From: Caulobacter sp.
GTDB taxonomy: Bacteria; Pseudomonadota; Alphaproteobacteria; Caulobacterales; Caulobacteraceae
Assembly (NCBI GenBank): GCA_041917095.1
Contig: JAYRYI010000006.1
Span: forward strand, 236,653-300,652
DNA: 64,000 nucleotides
Direction of reading: 5' to 3'
The notes under the pieces are model-generated. The model saw only the letters and a program-made list of their open reading frames with translations, did not search any database and was not told the DNA's origin. Every line of letters begins with the position of its first letter. Position 1 is the first letter of the stretch. Positions 8,765 through 17,065 of the stretch are shown here, piece by piece. Made by a program: the position numbers and the translations under genes.

Positions 8765-10219
8765 TCAAACCACCTCGTAGTCCTCCAGCGCCGGCTGGCG
8801 CATGAGCGCGCGGTAGGTGTTGGTGTCGCCCGACCAGTTGTTGGTGATCTTGCCGGACGCGGTCTTGTACCAGCTGGAGCAGGAACCGGCCCAGGCGGTC
8901 TGCGCCAGGTCGGCCTGGAGCTGGGCGTTGAAGCGGGCGTAGGCCGCCGGCTTCACGTCCAGCGCCCTGGCGCCCCGCGCCTTCAGCGCCTGCATCGCCT
9001 GCACCACATAGTCCACCTGCGCCTCGATCATCACGATGATCGAGTTGTGGCCGAGGTTGGTGTTCGGGCCGTAGAGCAGGAACAGGTTCGGGAAGCCCGA
9101 CACCGTGACGCCCAGATAGGCCTCCGCGCCGTCCTTCCAGGCCTCGGCCAGCGTCCTGCCGCCGGCGCCGGCGATCTCGATCGGGGCGATGAAGTCGGTC
9201 GTGATGAAACCGGTGCCGTAGACCAGCACGTCGCAGGCGTGTTCGGCGCCGTCGGCGGTGCGGACGCCCGCGGGCGTGATCTCCTTGACCGCCTCGGTGA
9301 CCAGTTCGACGTTGTCGCGGGCCAGGGCCTGATAGTAGTCGTCCGACACCAGGATGCGCTTGCAGCCGATCGGATAGTCCGGCGTCAGCTTCGCCTTCAG
9401 CACCGGGTCGGCGATGGTGTCGTCCAGATATTTCAGCGCCAGTTTCCTGAAGTTTTCCGCCGACTTGGTGCCGGTCTTGAAGGCCTGGAAGCGCAGGTCC
9501 ATCATCTTCCAGGTGAACCAGCGCAGCGCCCGGTCGGTAGCCGGGAAGGTGCGGAACAGCCACTTCTCGAAGGCGCTGAAGGGCTTGTCGAGGCGCGGCA
9601 CGATGTAGTTGGGCGTGCGCTGGAAGATGACGACCTTGCCGGCCTCCTTGGCGATCTCCGGAATGTACTGGATGGCGCTGGCGCCGGCCCCGATGCAGCC
9701 GACGGTCTTGCCCTTCAGGTCGACGTCGTGGCGCCAGCGGGCCGAGTGCCAGCTGTCGCCCTTGAAGGCTTCGCGCCCCGGGATGCCGGCGTAGCCCGGT
9801 TTGTTGAGCTGGCCGAGGCCCGAGACCAGCACCGGCGCGCTGAGCGTCTCGCCGCCCTTCAGGGTAACCACCCATCGCGCCGCCGCCTCGTCCCAGGCGG
9901 CCTTCTCGACCTCGGTGTTGAACCGGAACAGCGGCGTGACGCCGAACTGCTCGGCGACGCGCTCCATGTAGGCGCGGATTTCCGGCTGGGGCGAATAGGC
10001 CCGGCTCCAGTCCGGATTGAGCGCGAACGACAGCGAGTACAGCCGCGAGGGCACGTCGCAGCAGGCGCCGGGATAGGTGTTGTCGCGCCAGGTGCCGCCG
10101 ATGCGGTCGCCCTTCTCCAGCACCACCAGGTTCGTGAACCCGGCTTCCTTCAGCTTGATGGCGGCCGTCAGCCCGCCGAAGCCCGCGCCGATGATGATGG
10201 CGTCCAGCTCGCCGCTCAT
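8765..10219 (-). CDS. Flavin-dependent Baeyer-Villiger-type monooxygenase
   Basis: Track ORF 8765..10420 trimmed to the ATG at 10219 (MSGELDAIIIGAGFGGL). It has the BVMO fingerprint FKGDSWHSARW and a second Rossmann motif, GCIGAGASAIQ. Confidence 0.9.
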   Translation of the reverse strand: MSGELDAIIIGAGFGGLTAAIKLKEAGFTNLVVLEKGDRIGGTWRDNTYPGACCDVPSRLYSLSFALNPDWSRAYSPQPEIRAYMERVAEQFGVTPLFRFNTEVEKAAWDEAAARWVVTLKGGETLSAPVLVSGLGQLNKPGYAGIPGREAFKGDSWHSARWRHDVDLKGKTVGCIGAGASAIQYIPEIAKEAGKVVIFQRTPNYIVPRLDKPFSAFEKWLFRTFPATDRALRWFTWKMMDLRFQAFKTGTKSAENFRKLALKYLDDTIADPVLKAKLTPDYPIGCKRILVSDDYYQALARDNVELVTEAVKEITPAGVRTADGAEHACDVLVYGTGFITTDFIAPIEIAGAGGRTLAEAWKDGAEAYLGVTVSGFPNLFLLYGPNTNLGHNSIIVMIEAQVDYVVQAMQALKARGARALDVKPAAYARFNAQLQADLAQTAWAGSCSSWYKTASGKITNNWSGDTNTYRALMRQPALEDYEVV

Positions 10220-10420
10220 GCCCTTCGTTTCCCTCTGTGTTTCACGAACTATTGCGCAGCGGGGGGAGCGGGAAAAGCCTGACCCGAGGTCAGGCGTCTT
10301 GCGGTCTCCGCGGCCCGGGTGTTCGATTGCTCCCGACGACCGCGGGTCACGCGGCGTCCTCAAGCGAAAAGACGCGGCGGGGCCGCGGTCTCGCCGCCAT
10401 CGAATGGTGGGAGAACGCAC

Positions 10421-12451
10421 ATGCCAGTCAGGAAATCAGGCGCGGTTCGGGCGATCGCTTTGGTCGGCCCGAACGGCGCCGGCAAGACGACCCTCTTCGA
10501 GGCCCTGCTTCACGCCGCCGGCGCCACCGAACGCCAGGGCGTGGTCGGCCAGTCGGGCTGCACGGGCGACGCCTCGCCTGAGGCAAGGGCCGCCGGCCAG
10601 AGCGTCGAGATGAACCTCGCCAACTTCGAATTCATGGGCGACCGCTATGCGCTGATCGACGCGCCGGGCTCGGTGGAGTTCCGGGCCGACGCCGACTACG
10701 CTCTGCCGGCGGTCGACCTGGCGCTGGTGGTGATCGATCCCGATCCCGACAAGGCCATTCTCGTCCAGCCCTGGCTCCGCGAGCTGGAGCGGCTGGGCGT
10801 TCCGCACGCCATCTTCGTCAACAAGATCGACCAGGCCCGGGGCCACGTCGATGAGCTGCTCCAGGCCCTCGCGCCGGTCAGCGGCTCGCCGCTGGTCGCC
10901 CGGCAGCTGCCGATCTGGAAGGACGAGCACGTCGCCGGCTTCATCGACCTGGCGCTGGAACGCGCCTTCATCTACCGGCCCGGCCAGCCGTCCGAGCAGG
11001 TCGACCTGCCCGCCGAGCTGAAGGCCGAGGAGGAAGCCGCGCGCTTCCACATGCTCGAACAGATGGCGGACTTCGATGACGCCCTGATGGAGATGCTGCT
11101 CAGCGACGAGATGCCCAGCCAGGCGACGATCTTCGCCGACATCATCGCCGAGACCCGCGCCGCGCAGATCACGCCGGTGTTCTTCGGCGCCGCCTCGACC
11201 CGCAACGGCGTCGGCCGGCTGCTGAAGTCGTTGCGCCACGATACGCCCGAGCCGGACGTCGCCGCGGCGCGGCTCGGCGTCGAGAAGCCCTCCGCCTACG
11301 CCATCAAGGCCAGCCATGCGGGCCAGGCGGGCAAGATGACCTGGGCGCGGGTGTTCGGCGGGCCGCTGGCCGACGGTTCCGACGTGGTGCTGTCCGGCGG
11401 CGACAAGAACCGGATCAGCGGCGTCTTCTCGGTGATGGGCCAGGCGACCAGGAAGATCGCATCGGCGGAGGTCGGAGACGTCGTGGCGCTGGGCAAGCTG
11501 GAGACGGCCCGGGCGGGCGATCTCATGACCGCCTCGGGCGCGGCGACGGCGCGGGCGACTCCGTCGCCGCGCACGCCGGTGTTCGAGCTGGCCATCGCCA
11601 CCAAGGACCGCAAGGACGACGTGCGGCTGTCCGGCGCACTTCAGAAGCTGCTGGAGGAGGATCGCGGCCTGTCGCTGGTCCAGGACGCGGCGCTGCACGA
11701 GATGCGGCTGCGAGGGCAGGGCGAGGCGCACCTGCGCATCGCGCTGGAACGTCTCAAGCGGCGCTACCAGGTCGATGTGGCCACCCACACGCCGGCGACG
11801 CCGTACAAGGAGACGATCCGCAAGGCGGTCACGCAGCGCGGCCGGCACAAGAAGCAGACCGGCGGCCACGGACAGTTCGGCGATGTCCTGCTGGAAATCC
11901 GCCCGCTGGCTCGCGGCGAAGGGTTCCAGTTCAACGACAGGATCACCGGCGGCGTGGTGCCCAAGCAGTGGATCCCGGCCGTCGAACAGGGGGTCCGCGA
12001 CGCCATGGAGAAGGGGCCGCTCGGCTTCCCGGTCGTCGACGTCGCGGTGACGCTGGTCGACGGCTCATGGCATGCGGTCGACAGCTCGGAAATGGCCTTC
12101 CGCACCGCCGGCCGGATCGGCATGAGCGAGGGTCTGGCCCTGGCCTCGCCGATCCTGCTGGAGCCGGTCGAGAAGCTGGTGATCCACGCACCCAGCGCGG
12201 CGACGGCCCGCATCACCTCGTCGATCTCGAACAAGCGCGGCCAGATCCTCGGCTTCGACGCCCGCGACGGCTGGCCCGGCTGGGACAGCATCGAGGTCTA
12301 CATGCCGCACGACGAACGCCAGGACTTCATCATGGACCTGCGCTCCATGACCCAGGGTCTGGGCGGCTTCGAGACCGCCTTCGACCACATGGTCGAGCTC
12401 ACCGGGCGCAAGGCCGATGAGGCCAGCCAGAAGGCGAGGGCGGCCGCCTGA
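10421..12451 (+). CDS. EF-G-like translational GTPase paralogue
   Basis: Track ORF trimmed to the ATG at 10421 (MPVRKSGAVRAIALVGPNGAGKTT). G1 is GPNGAGKT, G3 is DAPGSVEF, G4 is NKID, and the five-domain EF-G length (676 aa) is retained. The His after DxPG is absent. Confidence 0.9.
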   Translation: MPVRKSGAVRAIALVGPNGAGKTTLFEALLHAAGATERQGVVGQSGCTGDASPEARAAGQSVEMNLANFEFMGDRYALIDAPGSVEFRADADYALPAVDLALVVIDPDPDKAILVQPWLRELERLGVPHAIFVNKIDQARGHVDELLQALAPVSGSPLVARQLPIWKDEHVAGFIDLALERAFIYRPGQPSEQVDLPAELKAEEEAARFHMLEQMADFDDALMEMLLSDEMPSQATIFADIIAETRAAQITPVFFGAASTRNGVGRLLKSLRHDTPEPDVAAARLGVEKPSAYAIKASHAGQAGKMTWARVFGGPLADGSDVVLSGGDKNRISGVFSVMGQATRKIASAEVGDVVALGKLETARAGDLMTASGAATARATPSPRTPVFELAIATKDRKDDVRLSGALQKLLEEDRGLSLVQDAALHEMRLRGQGEAHLRIALERLKRRYQVDVATHTPATPYKETIRKAVTQRGRHKKQTGGHGQFGDVLLEIRPLARGEGFQFNDRITGGVVPKQWIPAVEQGVRDAMEKGPLGFPVVDVAVTLVDGSWHAVDSSEMAFRTAGRIGMSEGLALASPILLEPVEKLVIHAPSAATARITSSISNKRGQILGFDARDGWPGWDSIEVYMPHDERQDFIMDLRSMTQGLGGFETAFDHMVELTGRKADEASQKARAAA

Positions 12452-13309
12452 TCCAGCCTGGAGGGCGTTCACCGGGAGCCTGAGGAAGACCCTGCCCTTG
12501 CCGGACGGTTCGGGCAGGGCGCCGGCCCGGATGTTCACCTGCAACGAAGGCAGGATGAGCGTCGGCGCGGCGAGCGTCGCGTCGCGGGCCTCGCGCATGG
12601 CGACGAAGCGCGCCTCGTCGACGCCGTCGCGCAGGTGGATGTTGTGCGCCGCCTCCTCGGCGACCGTGGATTCCCATTCGAAATGGCCGCGGCCCTCTGG
12701 AAGGTAGTCGTGGCCGACAAAAATGCGCGTCTCCGCCGGCAGCGCGAGAATGCGGCGGATCGACCGGTAGAGCGTCGCCGCGTCGCCGCCGGGGAAGTCG
12801 GCGCGCGCGGTGCCGTAGTCCGGCATGAAGAGCGTGTCGCCGACGAAGGCCGCGTCGCCGATCAGATAGGTGACACAGGCCGGCGTGTGCCCGGGCGTAT
12901 GCAGGACCCGGAAGGCCTGTTCGCCGAACGGGATCTCATCGCCCTCGTGAACCAGCCGGTCAAAGACGCGGCCATCGGTCTGCGTCTCGAAGAGGTCGTC
13001 GAAAGTGCGTTGGACGGCGCGGATGTGGTCGCCGATCACCACCTTCGCCCCCGTGCGATGCCTCAGGTAGTCGGCGGCCGACAGGTGGTCGGCGTGGGCA
13101 TGGGTCTCCAGGATCCAGGCCAGGGTCAGCTTCTGCTGCTCGACCGCGGCGAGCAGGGCGTCGGCTGACGTCGTGGAGATCCGCGCGGCCTTGGGGTCGA
13201 AATCCAGCACGGGATCGATGATCGCGGCGGTCGCGGTCGCCGGATCGACGACCAGATAGCTCACGGTGTTGGTGGCCTTGTCGAAGAAGGCCTGTACGTT
13301 CGGGGTCAT
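12065..13309 (-). CDS. MBL-fold metallo-hydrolase, persulfide-dioxygenase-like (3' end uncertain)
   Basis: ETHAHADHLSA (HxHxDH) and HTPGHTP motifs. Recognisable sequence ends near ...VFLRLPVNAL (about 12455), but the frame has no stop until 12065. The last ~125 codons are antisense to the EF-G-like gene. Confidence 0.8.
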   Translation of the reverse strand: MTPNVQAFFDKATNTVSYLVVDPATATAAIIDPVLDFDPKAARISTTSADALLAAVEQQKLTLAWILETHAHADHLSAADYLRHRTGAKVVIGDHIRAVQRTFDDLFETQTDGRVFDRLVHEGDEIPFGEQAFRVLHTPGHTPACVTYLIGDAAFVGDTLFMPDYGTARADFPGGDAATLYRSIRRILALPAETRIFVGHDYLPEGRGHFEWESTVAEEAAHNIHLRDGVDEARFVAMREARDATLAAPTLILPSLQVNIRAGALPEPSGKGRVFLRLPVNALQAGSGGRPRLLAGLIGLAPGELDHVVEGGLEAAQTLGHGAQVHDEVLAFVVRHVDLDAVPAGPAVAGVEAEDLAALVRDRRGDAGRRRAGCVDHQLLDRLQQDRRGQGQTLAHADPAGGAEGHFRAVDRMP

Positions 13310-13342
13310 GGATGCGTCTCCATATCGGATGCAGCATACATA

Positions 13343-13363
13343 TTAGCACTTGCTAAATTAGCA
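13343..13363. promoter_or_regulatory. Candidate operator: overlapping TTAGCA/TGCTAA palindromes
   Basis: TTAGCA-CT-TGCTAA-A-TTAGCA lies within the AT-rich 65-bp divergent spacer between the MBL gene (start 13309) and the ArsR/BigR-like gene (start 13375). Confidence 0.45.
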
Positions 13364-13374
13364 ATAGCTCATAT

Positions 13375-13746
13375 ATGGCGATCATGTTCGATCTCGCGAA
13401 CTTCGACATCACCCGTTTCGAGGCCAGCGCCTCGGAGGCCGCAAGGCTTCTGCGCGCGCTGTCCAACGAGCGGCGGCTGATGATCCTGTGCCAGCTGGCG
13501 GACGGCGAACTGTCGGTCGGGGATCTCATTCCCCGGGTCGGCCTTTCGCAGTCGGCCCTGTCCCAGCACCTCGCGGTGCTCAGGGACGAAGCGATCGTGG
13601 CCACGCGCCGCGAGGGACAGGTCATTCACTACCGGATCAGCGATCCGGCGGCCGTGAAGGTGATCGGGACGCTCGCGGAGATCTTCTGTCCCCCGGACAT
13701 GAGGAAAAGCCATGAGCAACCAACTGATCCCGCTGGCGCCGGCTGA
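13375..13746 (+). CDS. ArsR/SmtB-family repressor of the BigR/SqrR persulfide-sensing type
   Basis: Winged-helix ArsR core (LSNERRLMILCQL...SQSALSQHLAVLR). Two Cys sit at positions 39 and 105, 66 residues apart. That spacing matches the reactive pair as I recall it for BigR (C42/C108) and SqrR (C41/C107). Confidence 0.85.
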   Translation: MAIMFDLANFDITRFEASASEAARLLRALSNERRLMILCQLADGELSVGDLIPRVGLSQSALSQHLAVLRDEAIVATRREGQVIHYRISDPAAVKVIGTLAEIFCPPDMRKSHEQPTDPAGAG

Positions 13747-14245
13747 CGTCGCCGCGCGCCTGAAGGCCCGCACCGCGGTCCTGGTCGACATCCGCGAGCC
13801 GGACGAGTTCGCCCGCAGCCATATCGGCGGCGCGCTGTCTCGGCCGCTGTCGGCCTTCGAGGCGGCCCATCTGCGCATCGAGCCCGGCCGCGACGTCGTC
13901 TTCACCTGCCGGACGGGCATGAGGACGGGCGCCAACTGCAATCGCCTGTCCGCCGCCATCGACGGCGACGCCTATGTGCTGGACGGCGGACTGGACGGCT
14001 GGTCGAAAGCCGGACTCGCCGTGGTGACCAACCACGACGCGCCCCTGGAGGTCACCCGTCAGGTCCACATCGTGGCCGGGCTTCTGGTCGTGACCGGGGT
14101 CCTGGCCGGCTTCCTGGTTCATCCCGCCTTCTTCGGGCTGTCGGCCTTCGTCGGCGCGGGCCTGACCTTCGCCGGCGCCACGGGCTTCTGCGGCATGGCG
14201 CGTCTGCTGATGCTGGCGCCCTGGAACCGCCGCGCGGCGGCCTGA
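13712..14245 (+). CDS. Membrane-anchored rhodanese (YgaP-like, rhodanese + DUF2892-type tail)
   Basis: Rhodanese active-site loop FTCRTGMRT, with two C-terminal TM helices (VHIVAGLLVVTGVLAGFLV, LSAFVGAGLTFAGATGFCG). Overlaps the regulator gene by 35 nt. Confidence 0.85.
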   Translation: MSNQLIPLAPADVAARLKARTAVLVDIREPDEFARSHIGGALSRPLSAFEAAHLRIEPGRDVVFTCRTGMRTGANCNRLSAAIDGDAYVLDGGLDGWSKAGLAVVTNHDAPLEVTRQVHIVAGLLVVTGVLAGFLVHPAFFGLSAFVGAGLTFAGATGFCGMARLLMLAPWNRRAAA

Positions 14246-14248
14246 CCG

Positions 14249-15025
14249 ATGCCGTCGGACCTGTGGGCCATTGAAGTCGCCATCCTCGGCGGCGCGGTGA
14301 TCGGCTTCCTGCTGGCGGTGTTCGGCGGCGGCGGCTCGGTGCTGGCCACCCCGCTGTTGATCTATGGGGCGGGCGTGAAGGACCCCCATGTGGCGATCGG
14401 CACCTCCGCGGCAGCGGTGTCGCTCAATGCGCTGGCCGGCCTTGCGCTGCAGGCCAGGGCCGGCCGCGTGAAGTGGCCGTGCGCCACGCTGTTCGCGGTG
14501 TCGGGTCTGGCCGGCGCCCTGACCGGCGCGGCGATCGCCAAGCGGATCGACGGCGCCGTGCTGATGGTCTGGTTCGCGGTCGCCATGGCCGCTGTGGCGA
14601 TCTCGATGATGCGGCCGAGCGTCGGCACGGGCGATCCTGACGTGCGACTGAACCCGGCCATCACTCTCAAGCTGACGCCTATCGGCGCCGCAACGGGACT
14701 GGCGGCCGGCTTCTTCGGCATCGGCGGCGGCTTCCTGATCGCACCGGGCCTGATGGCGGCCAGCGGCATGACCCTGGCCAACGCCGCAGCCTCGTCGCTC
14801 ATCTCGGTCGCCCTGTTCGGCGCCGCGACCAGCGTCAGCTATGCCGCCTCGGGCCTGATCGACGTTCCCCTGCTCGTGGCGCTGGTCGTCGGCGGCGTCG
14901 TGGGAACCCTGGCCGGAGGCCCGGTCGCACGGCGCCTCGCGACGAGGGCGCTGCTCGCCCGGCGCATCTTCGGCGGCATGATCCTGGTCGTCGCCGCCTG
15001 GATCCTCTGGCGCTCGGTCGGCTAG
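14249..15025 (+). CDS. TauE/SafE family sulfite/anion exporter
   Basis: 258 aa, polytopic, with the duplicated Gly-rich TauE pattern (GGGGSVLATPLL ... GIGGGFLIAPGL). Confidence 0.85.
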   Translation: MPSDLWAIEVAILGGAVIGFLLAVFGGGGSVLATPLLIYGAGVKDPHVAIGTSAAAVSLNALAGLALQARAGRVKWPCATLFAVSGLAGALTGAAIAKRIDGAVLMVWFAVAMAAVAISMMRPSVGTGDPDVRLNPAITLKLTPIGAATGLAAGFFGIGGGFLIAPGLMAASGMTLANAAASSLISVALFGAATSVSYAASGLIDVPLLVALVVGGVVGTLAGGPVARRLATRALLARRIFGGMILVVAAWILWRSVG

Positions 15026-15747
15026 CCGCGGGTCTTGCCGAACGGGTCGGGCAGCAGGCGCTCGTAGGTGCGGCGGACGCTGTCGTAGCATTCGCAGGCC
15101 GCCGCCTCGAGGCCGGCCCGGTCGAGGATGTCGACCACGCCGCGGCGGTAGCTGATCAGGCCCTTGGCCTGCAGAGAGCCGGCGATGGCGGTCACTGTCG
15201 TGCGCTGCACGCCGAGCATGTCGGCCAGGAACTCCTGGGTCAGCGACACCGTGTTGCTGTCGATCCGGTCGCGGCAGGACAGTAGCCAGCGGCAGAACCG
15301 GGCCTCGACGGAGTGCAGGGCGTTGCAGGCCACGGACTGGATCGCGTGGCCGAACAGCGCGTCGTTGTGCCGGTCGATCAGCGCGGCGAGGTCCGGCGCC
15401 TGCCTGACGGCTTCGGCCAGGTGGCCGGCGGCGATGCGCGAGGCGCGGCCCGGCGCCTGGACGATGGCGCGCGACATGCTCTGGCGCGGCGCGACGGCGG
15501 CCATCAGGCCGAAGGCGCCCTCGCGCCCGATCGTGGCCGACTCTATCGCGGCGCCATTTTCCATGAGCGTCATCAGCGAGATCACGCAATCATGCGGGAA
15601 GTACACCGTGTCGATCGGGTCGCCCGGGTCGCAGATCAGGCGCCCCTTCTCCATCTCGATGAGCGCGATTTGGGGGGACAGGCGCGCGAAGTCCGCGGGG
15701 GACAGGGAGGCCAGCAATCGGTTTTTCAACGGCAGAGGACTCGTCAT
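15022..15747 (-). CDS. Crp/Fnr family transcriptional regulator
   Basis: cNMP-binding-like N-terminal domain and a C-terminal HTH (LTQEFLADMLGVQRTTVTAIAGSLQAKGLI). Its stop overlaps the TauE stop by 4 nt. Confidence 0.85.
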   Translation of the reverse strand: MTSPLPLKNRLLASLSPADFARLSPQIALIEMEKGRLICDPGDPIDTVYFPHDCVISLMTLMENGAAIESATIGREGAFGLMAAVAPRQSMSRAIVQAPGRASRIAAGHLAEAVRQAPDLAALIDRHNDALFGHAIQSVACNALHSVEARFCRWLLSCRDRIDSNTVSLTQEFLADMLGVQRTTVTAIAGSLQAKGLISYRRGVVDILDRAGLEAAACECYDSVRRTYERLLPDPFGKTRG

Positions 15748-15810
15748 GACAACTCAAAACGCCGTTGTGCGACGGCGGTTTCAAGCTATAGGGGCGTATC
15801 CTCAAGCACC

Positions 15811-15830
15811 GTCGATTAGTCGACATAATC
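15811..15830. promoter_or_regulatory. Candidate regulator site: GATTA-GTCGACA-TAATC palindrome
   Basis: 17-bp palindrome at 15814-15830. The 15-mer GTCGatTAGTCGACA (15811-15825) recurs as GTCGgaTAGTCGACA at 15911-15925, exactly 100 nt downstream, inside the relatively AT-rich crp/AKR divergent spacer. Confidence 0.3.
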
Positions 15831-15975
15831 CAGACAGTTGGTCGCCTAATTCAGTCAACCAATGGTCGGTGACGCAATTCACGGATTGACCTGACGCAGT
15901 GTCTCATTCTGTCGGATAGTCGACACAACAACATTCGAGTCGTCTGAAGTATAAGAAAAGCGGGAACGGAAACTG

Positions 15976-17022
15976 ATGAAATACAGACGCTTGGGCCGCA
16001 CGGGCCTCTACGTTTCGGAAATCTGCCTGGGCGCGATGACCTTCGCCGGCGAGGGCGCCAGCATGTGGGGGCAGATCGGCTCCGTGGACCAGGCGGGCGC
16101 CGACGCGATGATCGGACGAGCGCTGGAAAGCGGCGTCAATTTCATCGACACGGCCGATGTCTACTCGTTCGGCCAGTCCGAGCGGATGGTCGGCGCGGCG
16201 CTCAGGAACCTCGGGGTCAAGCGCAGCGACGTGGTCATCGCCACCAAGGTCTATGGCGAAATGGGCAAGGGGCCGAACGACCGCGGCGCCTCACGCGGCC
16301 ACATCATGGACGGCGTCCAGGCCAGTCTGGAACGGATGGGCCTCGACTACATCGACCTCTACCAGATCCACGGCAATGACAGCATCACGCCGGTCGACGA
16401 GACCCTGCGCGCGCTGGACGATCTGGTGAGCCAGGGCCTCGTCCGCTACGTCGGCTGCTCCAACTGGGCGGCCTGGAAGATGATGAAGGCGCACGGCATC
16501 GCGGACGCCAAGGGCTATGCCCGGTTCGAGTCGGTGCAGGCCTACTACTCGATCGCCGGCCGCTACCTGGAGCGCGACATCGTGCCGATGATGCAGGACC
16601 AGCAGATGGGCCTGATGGTCTGGTCGCCGCTGGCCGGCGGCCTGCTCTCGGGCAAGTTCGGGCCGGGCAGCAACGGGCCGGAGGGCGCGCGGCGGGCGTC
16701 GTTCGACTTCCCGCCGGTGAACCGCGACCGCGCCTGGGCCTGCGTGGACGCCATGCGGCCGATCGCCGAAGCGCGGGGCGTCTCCGTCGCCCGCATCGCG
16801 CTGGCCTATGTCTTGGCCAAGCCCTGGGTCACGACGGTGATCGTGGGCGCCAAGACCGCCGAGCAGCTGGACGACAATCTGGCCGCCGCGGAGATTGAAC
16901 TGACGGTCGACGAACTCGCCGCCCTGGACAAGGCCTCGGCCCTGCCGCCGGAGTACCCGGGCTGGATGTTCGAACGTCAGGGGATGAATCGCGTGCCGAG
17001 GCCGTTCGTGAAGAAGGCCTAG
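15976..17022 (+). CDS. Aldo/keto reductase
   Basis: 348 aa with GINFIDTADVY and GLVRYVGCSNW motifs typical of AKR family members. Confidence 0.9.
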   Translation: MKYRRLGRTGLYVSEICLGAMTFAGEGASMWGQIGSVDQAGADAMIGRALESGVNFIDTADVYSFGQSERMVGAALRNLGVKRSDVVIATKVYGEMGKGPNDRGASRGHIMDGVQASLERMGLDYIDLYQIHGNDSITPVDETLRALDDLVSQGLVRYVGCSNWAAWKMMKAHGIADAKGYARFESVQAYYSIAGRYLERDIVPMMQDQQMGLMVWSPLAGGLLSGKFGPGSNGPEGARRASFDFPPVNRDRAWACVDAMRPIAEARGVSVARIALAYVLAKPWVTTVIVGAKTAEQLDDNLAAAEIELTVDELAALDKASALPPEYPGWMFERQGMNRVPRPFVKKA

Positions 17023-17031
17023 CGGCGCTTG

Positions 17032-17057
17032 GGCCGCCTCCTCGCGGGGAGGCGGCC
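17032..17057. terminator. Hairpin between convergent genes
   Basis: GGCCGCCTCC-N6-GGAGGCGGCC, a 10-bp perfect stem between the AKR stop (17022) and the PNPOx-like stop (17066). There is no U-tract. Confidence 0.45.
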
Positions 17058-17065
17058 GCCTGTGC

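Noticed and set aside
10277-10295. GCCTGACC-CGA-GGTCAGGC hairpin in the BVMO/EF-G-like divergent spacer as a terminator
   Set aside because: It lies between two divergent starts, so it has nothing to terminate. It may be a 5'-UTR structure or a binding site, but I cannot support either from sequence alone.
13637-15589. 650-aa minus-strand ORF spanning the rhodanese, TauE and crp genes. The same issue applies to 17563..19833, 21825..24218, 43968..46175, 4992..6749, 10436..11869, 46597..48042, 48039..49421, 52843..54039 and 54029..55333.
   Set aside because: Each one overlaps motif-bearing genes on the other strand or in another frame. Each translates to Arg/Gly/Asp/Pro-rich low-complexity sequence, which is typical of spurious long ORFs in high-GC DNA.
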